This document shows positions 29,008-39,161 of a stretch of DNA of 64,000 nt, in pieces. The first letter of the stretch is position 1, and every line of letters starts with the position of its first letter. The notes beneath the pieces are model-generated. The model was not told the DNA's origin. It saw nothing but the letters and a program-made list of their open reading frames with translations, and ran no database searches. A program made the position numbers and the translations under genes. This stretch comes from a virus. The stretch covers positions 10,451-74,450 of IMG/VR virus record IMGVR_UViG_3300007722_000007; one strand, 5' to 3'.

Positions 29008-32000
29008 ATGGCCGACGCCGAAAACACAAAATCCCATAACGACGTTCGTCAAAACCGACGAACACACCGTAAATCAAATTTTCTGACTTCGCAAAAGGGC
29101 ATCGGTTCGCCAATCGGCGGCCCCCAGAGGGACATGAACCCCGCCACGGCGCGGAATGCAGATAATGATCTATTCGTCCTAGAGGGAATCCCGACAATTA
29201 ATAGGGGTCGCGGGGTTATCGATCCGACCCCGACTGGCTCAATGGCTGGTAGCAAGCGCTCTAAGCGCCGCAAGGCTCGCAAGTTTGTCAACGATCTAAT
29301 CGGCGACAGCGATGTTACTGATCCAGAATTTGACTCTGCGGATATTGACGAGGATACCCCGCTATCGCTATTGGATTACGAACAGGATAGTTTGTTCCCA
29401 GAAGACGATTTCATCGTACGGCGTTCTGGGGTGCCAGAGATTTTTGAGGATGAACCTTGGGATGATTCCGTTGATTACGCTAGCGCCTGGCGGGAATATT
29501 TAAGAAATTCCGGCCTGGATGACACGATCGATCCGAATGATTTTGACATAGACGAATCAGACCTAGCGGCACTGCCATTTTATAAGCCCCAAAGTGACAT
29601 ACTCGGCAGAACGTATCCGGGAACGAGCGTAGCGAAGCCCTCATCGGGTCCCAAGAAATTTGACGATTACCATAATAAAACGAAATACGCTGGGGATAGA
29701 TATGTAATCACGCAACAGGCCTTAACGCTGGCTAGACACCGGGATTTAGTCGCCAAATCACGATGGGACACAATCCACAATGCACACTACGACTGGTGGG
29801 CATTTCCGATTGACAGGGGCAGTGGAGGGTATGGAAATAAATATAATATCGCCGGCAAACCGCTTTCTAGGCTGAAAAGAAATAAACGATTTCTGAACAA
29901 TGTGGCTGAGGCAATTCATATCCAAGCACTAGCCCTTGGTTGGGATATTGACACAGATGACTACATCGCCGATATTGATTGGGATACAGGACAGGACCCA
30001 TGGCTCGCATACCCAACACGATTTTGGAAAATGACTCGCTCTGCTCAAATACTAGGTCTAGATAAGGAATTTAACTCGCTCTTGTTATTGCAGGCTTCGT
30101 TAAGCGAGGGCGGAATCAGATTTGGTAGACGCGAGTACTGGGATAACCCGGGGCCCCCAGGGGATAGCACGCCGCTCAAAAAACGGAAATATGAATATGG
30201 CGACGGAACGGTTTCTGGGTCGATGGCCGGCAATAAAAAAAACACCGACAGCAATTGGAGAGGCGATTTTTCCGAGCAGTTGGCATCCGGATTTGTTGGC
30301 GGTATGGCCGGACTGCGCAAACGCATGAAAAGCGACTCATTAATTGCCAATCCACTCCATGAGTATTTTTTACAACGGACCACATCCATGGGTGACAACC
30401 CGACCACCGGTCGGCGACCCAGCGACCTAGTGATAAATCCCTATGCTGGGGAAAACATAATCGGCGCCGCCGAAGCGCGCGATTGGTTTGATTTTGCGAT
30501 CATGCTAAATGACACGCAATCGTGGGTGCTGGAAAACGCCAACAATGGGGAGCAAATAAATGATGGTTTATTTTTCCAGAATTCTTTCCCGCGGATGGCT
30601 TTGGCAAAACTATTGATGGGCCAGATGGGACGCGACGATTCCGAAATGAATACAGTTGCAAATCTGCGACGCGCAGGAAGAAAGATGATGGCGGAAAATA
30701 ATATAGACGGAGCCGATTTCCCTATTCTTGCTGGAGATATTGCAAACCCGTTTATTAAGAAAGTTGAATCTACCCCGAACGGCTGGTTAGTTACACGCCA
30801 TGATGACGCCAGGAAGCTGTGGTTTTGGTTTAGGGACGAAAGGGAACAGGCGCTGGCGGACCTCGGCCGCGCAATAACTAAAGATAGACAGAAAAACAAA
30901 TTAGCCGATCCAGCGCAATGGCTAGACGGATCAGGCGTTAAGGCATTTTTCAAAAATCGAGCGAGCAAGCAATCGCCGATAATCGGCCCGCTAGGCGGCT
31001 CGACTCCGAAACGAATGGAACTAAGTAAAATTACTTTACCGCCTGGGCGATTTGCTAATAGGGACAAAATTGCAGCTCTGCGGAATAACGGCAATTTCAA
31101 CAATCATGCCAATCCGGTTGATACTTGGTTAGATAATGTTTCCCGCGGGGACGCACTGCTGAGTGGCCGCAGGCCTATCCCGTCGACCCGATGGCCGATG
31201 GACGAATTAGAGACCCGCGATTGGTTTGACTATTGGCTGATGCTGTCTGACTCATTGCCGGAAATAACCGCACGAGATTTTGAGGTGCTAAGAGAAGCTG
31301 GGCCGCATATTAGAACTAGCCCGAATGAATGGCTACCCCAGGATGACGAACAGTGGAATGAAAACAAACTGATTAACGAAACCCAACGGCGCCATGACAA
31401 GGTTAAATTTGTAATGGCCGAAGCACTCAAATATCTCTCTGCGCTTGCGCGGCCTGACGAAAATGATAATAACGATGTGGTTTGGGAAGACATGCGCAAC
31501 GCCGGCCAGTCGATTAATCAACGATGGGGGATTGACGCACAAATAAATGCCGAAATAAATCTTGCGGAAATGCAAGGCAGGGATTGGCCATTTAGGGAAT
31601 ATGTCGCTCCGGAAAAATTGAACAAAGATGTAATTAAATTTGGGCAACTGGGTAATTTTGCCACTGCGACACCAGACGGATGGATTGTAAATACAAAACA
31701 CGCAGATGGAGAAATGAAACCCCGTGCTTGGCGCATTTCTGATTCCGAAAGAGATTCCCTATACGACATGATCGGGGCCATATTAAATACGGGCGAAGAG
31801 AATTCTCCGCTTGGTGTCGATAATGCCACCGGAGACTCCGAATTAGATCTGGGCATGTTTCTGGAAAACCGAGCACAATTTTTCAAATCCGACGAACCGA
31901 CTTTTAAATACTCAAATCGATTCGGCGACGATGACGATGCCCCCAGCGCACGTTCTAGAATGTTGTCATATACAGACTCCGACCAGGCAGGCGACTATGT

Positions 32001-32781
32001 CGATGTTCGCTTACCGCATACAACAAGGCCCACCAGGCCCCACTCCAGGGAATGGGACACTAGCGACCTAAATGACTATGAGACAATTTTGGCCGATGGC
32101 AGGGTAACCCTATATGGTGACGATCAGCCTGACTTCCCAGATCAATATAATGCAGGGGCCAACCCAATAACGCTTAGCCAAATCGGGATTAAAAACGGCC
32201 GATTGGCTGAAAATCTCAATCAAATTATCGGCCCGATGGATAAAGATGAGCGTAACGGAAATTTTGATTTTTTGATAATGCTCAATGACACCCTGACGCC
32301 AACCGCAGCCAATGCATTGGGCCGTTCGCCAAGCATTTTGATGCAGACCGTCTATGAAATGATTGGGGCAATGGCCCGCAACTCCGACCAAGTTGCTGGG
32401 GATGCGGATTCGCCAGCTGCGATAAATCTTGTCAGAAACACCAATATCGCACTCGCGCAAATGATTGGGCTCAATAAGGACGGCGGGATGCGCAGTACCC
32501 GCCGCGGCTTCTTGATTCCTAAAAACTATGGGGGAATTAGGGAGTCCAGGAATTGGCGGATTGACGAAAATGAGCGGACCGCATTGATGGACGAAATAGG
32601 AAAGATGCTAAGATCTGATGGGACACTTGATCTGGAAGCTCTGGCCAAATTTCTAACATCTCGGAGAAAGCGGTTTTCCCCAAAATCGCGCAGATTTATT
32701 AGCCCTGAGGCAATAAAGGAACGCCGCCGACGCTACTTTGACGAACGGTATCAGAGGGACAAGAAAAACAATGAACAATAA
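29008..32781 (+). CDS. Multi-module putative virion cargo protein (OGFr/DUF1810-like domain plus triple internal repeat)
   Basis: Tag copy 2, two GSM linkers, HYDWWAFP motif, and three DF/DYxxML[NS]D repeats. Confidence 0.7.
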   Translation: MADAENTKSHNDVRQNRRTHRKSNFLTSQKGIGSPIGGPQRDMNPATARNADNDLFVLEGIPTINRGRGVIDPTPTGSMAGSKRSKRRKARKFVNDLIGDSDVTDPEFDSADIDEDTPLSLLDYEQDSLFPEDDFIVRRSGVPEIFEDEPWDDSVDYASAWREYLRNSGLDDTIDPNDFDIDESDLAALPFYKPQSDILGRTYPGTSVAKPSSGPKKFDDYHNKTKYAGDRYVITQQALTLARHRDLVAKSRWDTIHNAHYDWWAFPIDRGSGGYGNKYNIAGKPLSRLKRNKRFLNNVAEAIHIQALALGWDIDTDDYIADIDWDTGQDPWLAYPTRFWKMTRSAQILGLDKEFNSLLLLQASLSEGGIRFGRREYWDNPGPPGDSTPLKKRKYEYGDGTVSGSMAGNKKNTDSNWRGDFSEQLASGFVGGMAGLRKRMKSDSLIANPLHEYFLQRTTSMGDNPTTGRRPSDLVINPYAGENIIGAAEARDWFDFAIMLNDTQSWVLENANNGEQINDGLFFQNSFPRMALAKLLMGQMGRDDSEMNTVANLRRAGRKMMAENNIDGADFPILAGDIANPFIKKVESTPNGWLVTRHDDARKLWFWFRDEREQALADLGRAITKDRQKNKLADPAQWLDGSGVKAFFKNRASKQSPIIGPLGGSTPKRMELSKITLPPGRFANRDKIAALRNNGNFNNHANPVDTWLDNVSRGDALLSGRRPIPSTRWPMDELETRDWFDYWLMLSDSLPEITARDFEVLREAGPHIRTSPNEWLPQDDEQWNENKLINETQRRHDKVKFVMAEALKYLSALARPDENDNNDVVWEDMRNAGQSINQRWGIDAQINAEINLAEMQGRDWPFREYVAPEKLNKDVIKFGQLGNFATATPDGWIVNTKHADGEMKPRAWRISDSERDSLYDMIGAILNTGEENSPLGVDNATGDSELDLGMFLENRAQFFKSDEPTFKYSNRFGDDDDAPSARSRMLSYTDSDQAGDYVDVRLPHTTRPTRPHSREWDTSDLNDYETILADGRVTLYGDDQPDFPDQYNAGANPITLSQIGIKNGRLAENLNQIIGPMDKDERNGNFDFLIMLNDTLTPTAANALGRSPSILMQTVYEMIGAMARNSDQVAGDADSPAAINLVRNTNIALAQMIGLNKDGGMRSTRRGFLIPKNYGGIRESRNWRIDENERTALMDEIGKMLRSDGTLDLEALAKFLTSRRKRFSPKSRRFISPEAIKERRRRYFDERYQRDKKNNEQ
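29134..29232 (+). repeat. 33-aa shared tag, copy 2
   Basis: MNPATARNADNDLFVLEGIPTINRGRGVIDPTP. Confidence 0.95.
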
Positions 32782-32876
32782 CCGAATAATACCCATCGGC
32801 ACCCTGTTCCAATTGTCATACGGTATTCCTATGCTAATTTGTTATCGGGTCTATAATTGGATCACGCAGAGATGCA

Positions 32877-35800
32877 GTGATGCCATTAACCAGAAAGCTG
32901 CTATATAAAATGGGCTTCCCACGATCCTCAATTCCCCTAAACGCCAAGATTATTGCATCTAGCGACTCTAAAACCATCTACCAAATGCCGGATGGGTCAA
33001 GATTTTTACAAAACGGAATAACTGGCGAATTGAGTGATTTAACCGCATTTGATACCGACATATTACGCACATCAACAGCGAGTATCGTTGATAATTCAAA
33101 TATGGACTGGGCCAATAAAAGAATTGTGGATATGGCCGGGAAAAGTCTAGATGATTGGTGGAAAACCAAATCCGTCTCCCAGTCTCCCAAGCGACAAAAG
33201 CCAAAAACAAAGCCGGAAGAGGAGTATAAATATATCCCAACAACCACCTTTGAGGCATGGGCTTCAAAATGGAAACCAGGGGACTCGCTTCCGCTGTCCC
33301 CGCCAGGCATGTCGCTCAATTTGTGTCAACACTCGGGCGGGGGTTCGCCATTAGAGAGTTTCCGTAATCCAACCGTTGACGAAGTACTCAACCGAATGTG
33401 GCTTCCCGATGAGAGGTACGTTCGCGTCGCCGAACCGAGACAGGGGTTATCGGAAAAAGGGATTTTAGGGGCGGGATTAGGTATGGGCAGAAGAAACCTT
33501 CTCGACTTTGATCTGGCTAGGCGAAATTTGCAGACCGGTTTTGGAATTTGGCGCGATGGTTTGAATAAACTCCGTTGCGGCCCAGGAAGCCCGGCCGCGA
33601 ATAGGTTTACAAATATTTTTGGTCTCGGATGCGATATCCCCGGCGGCGGCGACGGCCCCCTAGATAATATTGCTGCGGCCATTCCAAATTTGAATGCGCC
33701 GAAACCCAATGCGCCGGGTCCGAAATCACCCAAAACACCCAAGCAAGCCGTAGAAACAATGCGCGAAATATTAGGGAGAACGGGTAACAGAGTTAGACCA
33801 TTACGCGTTAGCCGCACGGGAGAAGAGGTATCTGGGTCAATGGGCGCCGATGACGGCGACGCGCGGGCAGTCCGAATATTACCCCGTGCGACCATGAGAC
33901 AACGTATGTTTGACTACGCCGCCCGTCTCGTGCGGCCCGTAAGCCGCGTTACGGACCGAAAGAAGGAATGGTTGAAATCGAACCCAGACGGAAGACCGTT
34001 TGATGCGAGTATCGCCTTATATCATGAGACTCTAGGAAGACACGGCGGAAATCCAAATTTAATGCATGCACCGGTATCAATTTTAAATACGAAAACGGAC
34101 GTATACGGAGAGGTTGAGCTTTTTGATCCGCGCACCGGAACGTACCGGTTCATGAATCAACAGGACTTGATTGAGGGATGGGACCCGGATATAGCAAAAT
34201 GGAGTACGAATAATGCCTCTGACCCAAAAATTGCAAAACAGCTTCGTGAAAAATTAAGAAATTCAATGTCGCTACAATCTGGCGATCACCCTTTTTCGTT
34301 AAGGGAATACGATCAAATTATATCTAATATCGGCACCATTCTCGATGGCTTTTCTGTCGCAATAGAAAGGACAGCGGGAGAAAATGGCTCCATCCCAGCA
34401 ATGATGCTCACGGGCGTTTCTATTGGCGACGTACTCGGAGGAGGATGGTCCGATACGGAGATGCTAAGAGCGCAAGTGCGCGGGATGAAGCCCGTAGAGC
34501 GACGGGGCAACGCCGAAAATATGCTCAACCAATTGGGGATACAGACACGATGGTCCCAGCGCGACGCAAGCCCATTCCTAACCGCCGATGACCTTGCCGC
34601 GATTTGGCCGGCCTTTCAGGCCGATGCGAGAGGCCGACTTGGGGCGGGCGCCACCGACGACGAAGTGGATATTGGGGCAAGCAAACTTTGGCAAGATCCC
34701 GATCAGCGTAAGAAGATTATGGCACGTGCTGACGCGCCAATGGCCGGTCAGATTGTTATTAACCCAAACGCGCTTACGGACGCTGCCCTTAATCGCTGGC
34801 GACTAACCGCGGGCGAACATTATTTGGCGAGCGGACGGCCAAATAACAATTCGGATCTTTTGCACTATACGGCCGCCCACGAAATGGAACATCTCGCTGA
34901 TTTCGCTCGCAAAGTGCAAACTCTGATGGGCATTGACGACACGAAGTGGTCGGATTGGGTCAGGGGACAACGGCCGATTAATCTAGACGATGCCGCTGAT
35001 GGCTCAATAATGCGACAGGCGATAGACAGATTGAAAACGCAATGGCGCAGTATGGCGCCAGCGACAGAGAGAATAAGCGCATTACTTGAATTTTATATGA
35101 TTTTCATTAGCACCAGTGGTAATAGCCCAAGAAGCGCAGAACAAATAATGAGGGATAGCGGTGCAACCAAAAAACAAATCGCCGAAATGTTTGAGAGAGT
35201 CAATGACGCAATGGAGCGAATCGGCATTATTGGCGAACACGATTGGTGGAAAAAAATCTATGCCGACGCAATGCCTGGGGATATAAACTCTCCAAATAAA
35301 TCCACGGGGACACAAAATGCCTCGGGCCACCTCGTGAGCGAAGACGATATTGGTATTATGATGGACTTTCTTGGTTCCATCTACGGTCAAAGTAATACTA
35401 CCGAGATGGTAGCGGAGTTGGGCGCACTGTTATTTCAGGGCGGAAATGGAATGAAATTAATTAGGGATTTCGTAAACGGGCCGGAAAATACGGACGGCAT
35501 ATCGATGGCTGAATTTCTTGATGTCATAGAGGCAATTTTTGGTAAAGCTAGGATGCCGAGTTTGGATGAGGGATTGTCAACGGGCGGATTGACATATAAA
35601 TCAGCGCTCCCGACTACAAGGCAGACCAAAATACAAACAGCCGGCGGATCAACTCCATATAATTACACAAATGCGAAAGTATTATATTTTACAAAAGTTA
35701 CAGATATTGTCTCTAGTAAGGTTCTTGGTCGTGGCCTAACCGGGAATAGAATGCGTTCGGGAATCGTCTATGACCCGAACGCCCGAGACGGCGACGGGGA

Positions 35801-38123
35801 CGGCATCCGACAGGATCGCACGCGATGGGAACGTCCGGTTGGCCCTCGTGCGCCAGAATTGGTGCATATTGGCGCGTTGAACGAGAACCGAAAAAATAGG
35901 CGCAGGCGTGGTGCATCTAAAATCCGAGGAAGACGCGTGAACACTACGCCAAGTTTCGCATCAGTCGCCTCTCGGCGGAATTATGACAGTGCGCCCACCG
36001 GAAGTATGGCACTCGGCCCCGGCAATCCGCTTGCCAGAAGCACCGACAATGATTGGCTTGTAGATCTTGACGCATATAAAAGTTTAATGCTTAGAATTGA
36101 AGACAATATTGATCAAAAATTCAACGGCAGGCCGCGAACTATCGGCGACGTACTCGACAAACTTGCCACCGCCAAAGACGGTCTCGGCAAGCGAAATATT
36201 AATTTAGATCTCGTCCCGGCGTATTGGTTAATACCCGCAATGAGCGCCATGAAATCGGCCCTCGGAGGTCGCTATAGCGGAAACGACACCGTGGTTTCCC
36301 CAACCGAGCTCGGAGCGTATTATTCATTGATGCATCACCTAGATCAATACCCTGAAGCCTTTCAGGATATTAGTCTAATATTCTCTCCGTCAAGCATGCC
36401 CGACGCTCCGTCATTTGACGGACCAGTCGGCGCAACATCGGTTCGCCCGACATACGAAACGGCAGCAATGTCCGATGGGTCAAATTTCCGACCAGAATTT
36501 CACAGGATGCTGCCGGGCCTGAGGGAGGGGTTACCGTATCCGGATATGGAAAATTCCCCTGTCGTCTCCGAGTCCGGGGCGGGCGATTTAACCAAATGGG
36601 AGTCCACAATTCAGCCGCGACTGAGGCGTGGCGTGAAAACCGTCATTGTTCAAATACCAAGCACCACATCTGGCCACGGCAAATACCCATCGTTCCAGAA
36701 CATGAAAGATGGTAACTCGTTTGAAATACAGCTTGATCAAATCGGAGACCGAAACATCGGCGTTTTCATAGACGAAATGTACAGATTGCTAGAAAATAAT
36801 AGCGAGGGAGGCCAACTAATAGACAATGTCGGCTCCGTTGTTCTAACGCAACTTATCAAAGATGCTGCGGATAAATTTGACAATGCTATGCGTTCCGCAG
36901 AATCAAATCCGTCAATGAGGGGACAGATCGTTTCCGCCGCAACCGCACGGGCGGATGCCGACCTAGATGAAATAGCCCAGGCGGCTTCATTTTTAATTGC
37001 GACCCACGAGTTCGGACACGTTCTTGATTCGGTCGGAAACTGGAGACGCTCCCCGCTGGCAGCAAATCAACACAGTTCTCGTGGGCTAAATACCGTAGGG
37101 GAGTTCAGAAGAACAATCACTGAACTTTCGGCGATTGAGGACGGTCTTGATTCACCGCTCGCCAAACCATTGTATAATTCCCTAGCGTCGACATTTGTTT
37201 TTGAGCATGTCAATGACGCGCTAGCGTCACACTCCGCATTCAAGGAGATGACGGGAATCCTCCAACAAATGAGACAGCAATTGGATGAGTTTGGATCCGT
37301 GTTGTCCCTCTTTGATTCAATGGCCACGGACGCCAGAAATAACGGCGCTGACACCAGTGCCATGTTTGAGAATAGCGGACTTGCTTCTATTATGGGGCAA
37401 ACGCCGATGGACCTATTGGCAATTTTCAATTTATCCGTGTCATCTCAGGAGTCGGCGCTAGACCAAATGCGCCTCATGGACAGGGTCATGAGAAGCCAAT
37501 ATGATGTGGCCGCTGAAAGACTGCGTGAACTATATGAAAAAGTTACAGCACTAGTGCCGGTATATCATTGGATAAATAAACAGTCATTTGATGTGAATAA
37601 CATAGGGCGACAAATGACCGACATACGGACCACTAATCCAAATGCGATTGCTGAATTTATGCAAAATTTTGGTAATGACGTTTACGGAAAATCAGCGTGG
37701 TTTGATGATGACGGTCAGTTCAATGAGCGGAAATATATTATATCCGCGTTAAATAAAATGGCAGATCCTGATAATTATCACCGGATGCTCAGCCGTGTCA
37801 ATGACGGACTGATCATGCAGGGCAACAACGGTTGGAAAAACCTTGGCGATGACGACATAGAGGCACTCGTAAAATTGATCCCGTATCTGTCTACGTATGC
37901 AGGGCCCGCATTTTATCCAGACCAAATCGCAAACCCGGAAAATTATCCAGGATCCAACTCTGAGGCCTATGCTGAAATGCATCTCGCGCAAGTGCTAGCG
38001 GCAACTGGCACGCTTGACCATTTTGACGAAATAGAGCGAGCGCGTATTGAGAAAATATATAAACGCATGATTGATTGGGCGCGGAATTTAATAGAAGACG
38101 GGATGGTAGATAGTGGAAATTAA
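32877..38123 (+). CDS. Multi-module putative cargo protein with two HEXXH zincin metallopeptidase-like domains
   Basis: AAHEMEH (~34878) with later SNTTEMVAE; ATHEFGH (~37005) with later SEAYAE; each follows a GSM linker. Confidence 0.7.
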   Translation: MMPLTRKLLYKMGFPRSSIPLNAKIIASSDSKTIYQMPDGSRFLQNGITGELSDLTAFDTDILRTSTASIVDNSNMDWANKRIVDMAGKSLDDWWKTKSVSQSPKRQKPKTKPEEEYKYIPTTTFEAWASKWKPGDSLPLSPPGMSLNLCQHSGGGSPLESFRNPTVDEVLNRMWLPDERYVRVAEPRQGLSEKGILGAGLGMGRRNLLDFDLARRNLQTGFGIWRDGLNKLRCGPGSPAANRFTNIFGLGCDIPGGGDGPLDNIAAAIPNLNAPKPNAPGPKSPKTPKQAVETMREILGRTGNRVRPLRVSRTGEEVSGSMGADDGDARAVRILPRATMRQRMFDYAARLVRPVSRVTDRKKEWLKSNPDGRPFDASIALYHETLGRHGGNPNLMHAPVSILNTKTDVYGEVELFDPRTGTYRFMNQQDLIEGWDPDIAKWSTNNASDPKIAKQLREKLRNSMSLQSGDHPFSLREYDQIISNIGTILDGFSVAIERTAGENGSIPAMMLTGVSIGDVLGGGWSDTEMLRAQVRGMKPVERRGNAENMLNQLGIQTRWSQRDASPFLTADDLAAIWPAFQADARGRLGAGATDDEVDIGASKLWQDPDQRKKIMARADAPMAGQIVINPNALTDAALNRWRLTAGEHYLASGRPNNNSDLLHYTAAHEMEHLADFARKVQTLMGIDDTKWSDWVRGQRPINLDDAADGSIMRQAIDRLKTQWRSMAPATERISALLEFYMIFISTSGNSPRSAEQIMRDSGATKKQIAEMFERVNDAMERIGIIGEHDWWKKIYADAMPGDINSPNKSTGTQNASGHLVSEDDIGIMMDFLGSIYGQSNTTEMVAELGALLFQGGNGMKLIRDFVNGPENTDGISMAEFLDVIEAIFGKARMPSLDEGLSTGGLTYKSALPTTRQTKIQTAGGSTPYNYTNAKVLYFTKVTDIVSSKVLGRGLTGNRMRSGIVYDPNARDGDGDGIRQDRTRWERPVGPRAPELVHIGALNENRKNRRRRGASKIRGRRVNTTPSFASVASRRNYDSAPTGSMALGPGNPLARSTDNDWLVDLDAYKSLMLRIEDNIDQKFNGRPRTIGDVLDKLATAKDGLGKRNINLDLVPAYWLIPAMSAMKSALGGRYSGNDTVVSPTELGAYYSLMHHLDQYPEAFQDISLIFSPSSMPDAPSFDGPVGATSVRPTYETAAMSDGSNFRPEFHRMLPGLREGLPYPDMENSPVVSESGAGDLTKWESTIQPRLRRGVKTVIVQIPSTTSGHGKYPSFQNMKDGNSFEIQLDQIGDRNIGVFIDEMYRLLENNSEGGQLIDNVGSVVLTQLIKDAADKFDNAMRSAESNPSMRGQIVSAATARADADLDEIAQAASFLIATHEFGHVLDSVGNWRRSPLAANQHSSRGLNTVGEFRRTITELSAIEDGLDSPLAKPLYNSLASTFVFEHVNDALASHSAFKEMTGILQQMRQQLDEFGSVLSLFDSMATDARNNGADTSAMFENSGLASIMGQTPMDLLAIFNLSVSSQESALDQMRLMDRVMRSQYDVAAERLRELYEKVTALVPVYHWINKQSFDVNNIGRQMTDIRTTNPNAIAEFMQNFGNDVYGKSAWFDDDGQFNERKYIISALNKMADPDNYHRMLSRVNDGLIMQGNNGWKNLGDDDIEALVKLIPYLSTYAGPAFYPDQIANPENYPGSNSEAYAEMHLAQVLAATGTLDHFDEIERARIEKIYKRMIDWARNLIEDGMVDSGN

Positions 38124-38511
38124 TACAAATAAGACCGAGAAGCAATTTATTGAATTGCTGGAACGGATTGCCAAAACGCCCGTTTCGGAATTGGCCGATA
38201 TGGCCCAACCGGGCGGACCAGTGTCATATAGCCCCACCGGCAATATGGCCGGGATTGTCGACAACTTTTCGCCAAGTCCACCAAAAATGCAGTGGGCGGG
38301 CGATCTGTTTAAGCGGATGATCGGTGACCAGAATTTCCAAAAAATGACTCCCGCCGTAAAGGCGTGGACTGTGCGAGACTTAATGGAGAAAGTTAACGGA
38401 TTGGAAGCGAAGACCCGTACGGCACTCGGGTCCCCAATAGACATATCTGAATCACTAAAAAATGGCGATTTAGCCCTTGGTGCCGACAAGGCAGCGAAGG
38501 ATCTGAAATGA
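38113..38511 (+). CDS. Hypothetical protein
   Basis: 132 aa, GTG start, overlaps both neighbours. Confidence 0.55.
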   Translation: MEINTNKTEKQFIELLERIAKTPVSELADMAQPGGPVSYSPTGNMAGIVDNFSPSPPKMQWAGDLFKRMIGDQNFQKMTPAVKAWTVRDLMEKVNGLEAKTRTALGSPIDISESLKNGDLALGADKAAKDLK

Positions 38512-39161
38512 CAAGCGAACAAGGGCCATTGGGCGGATTTATGGCCATTAACATACATGAACAGCCGAACGCCGAAGCCAGCAACGGAGTTCTAGATATC
38601 CTTGATGCGATGGGGGACTATGTCTCAACCGAGAGCAAGGTCGCTATTGACGCCATTCCCCAGGAACGCGTTACCGGTGATGTTCTCCGCGGATACGGAC
38701 CACGACGAGGGAATTTAGAGAGATTGCTCAGGTACTGGCGACCAATAATGAAGAAGCCGGGTGGTTTCCGTAGATGCCGGGTGATACTGGCCGACCATCC
38801 AGAACTATATCCACTGGATAACATCTGTGCCTGGCTACACCACGAAACAACCGGATTATGGCCAAACGAGGGATGCCATCACCCAGGGATGAAAAATTGT
38901 CGCAAGAAACTGAAGGGAGCGGTGCGGGGTTCAATTTGGAACGATAGCGAATTTGACGACAGGATAAAAAAGATTACATCCCGTTCCGGGCGAAAAAGTG
39001 CTCAGGCGGGATTTGCAGGGACGGATGATCCATTTGTCCCGGTTTTGACCGAAGCCGACTGGGGCCACGCCATTAAGGTCCTTCAAGATTTTTCTGAAAT
39101 GGAACCAGATTTTGTAAATTACGTTTGTGATGACAATAATTGGGAGCTCGAGTTTGAGTAA
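38508..39161 (+). CDS. Head-associated protein with a small Cys/His domain
   Basis: LLRYW...PGGFRRC...ICAWLHHETTGLWP, recalled as a motif type from actinophage head-region proteins; ATGA-coupled to the upstream gene. Confidence 0.55.
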   Translation: MTSEQGPLGGFMAINIHEQPNAEASNGVLDILDAMGDYVSTESKVAIDAIPQERVTGDVLRGYGPRRGNLERLLRYWRPIMKKPGGFRRCRVILADHPELYPLDNICAWLHHETTGLWPNEGCHHPGMKNCRKKLKGAVRGSIWNDSEFDDRIKKITSRSGRKSAQAGFAGTDDPFVPVLTEADWGHAIKVLQDFSEMEPDFVNYVCDDNNWELEFE

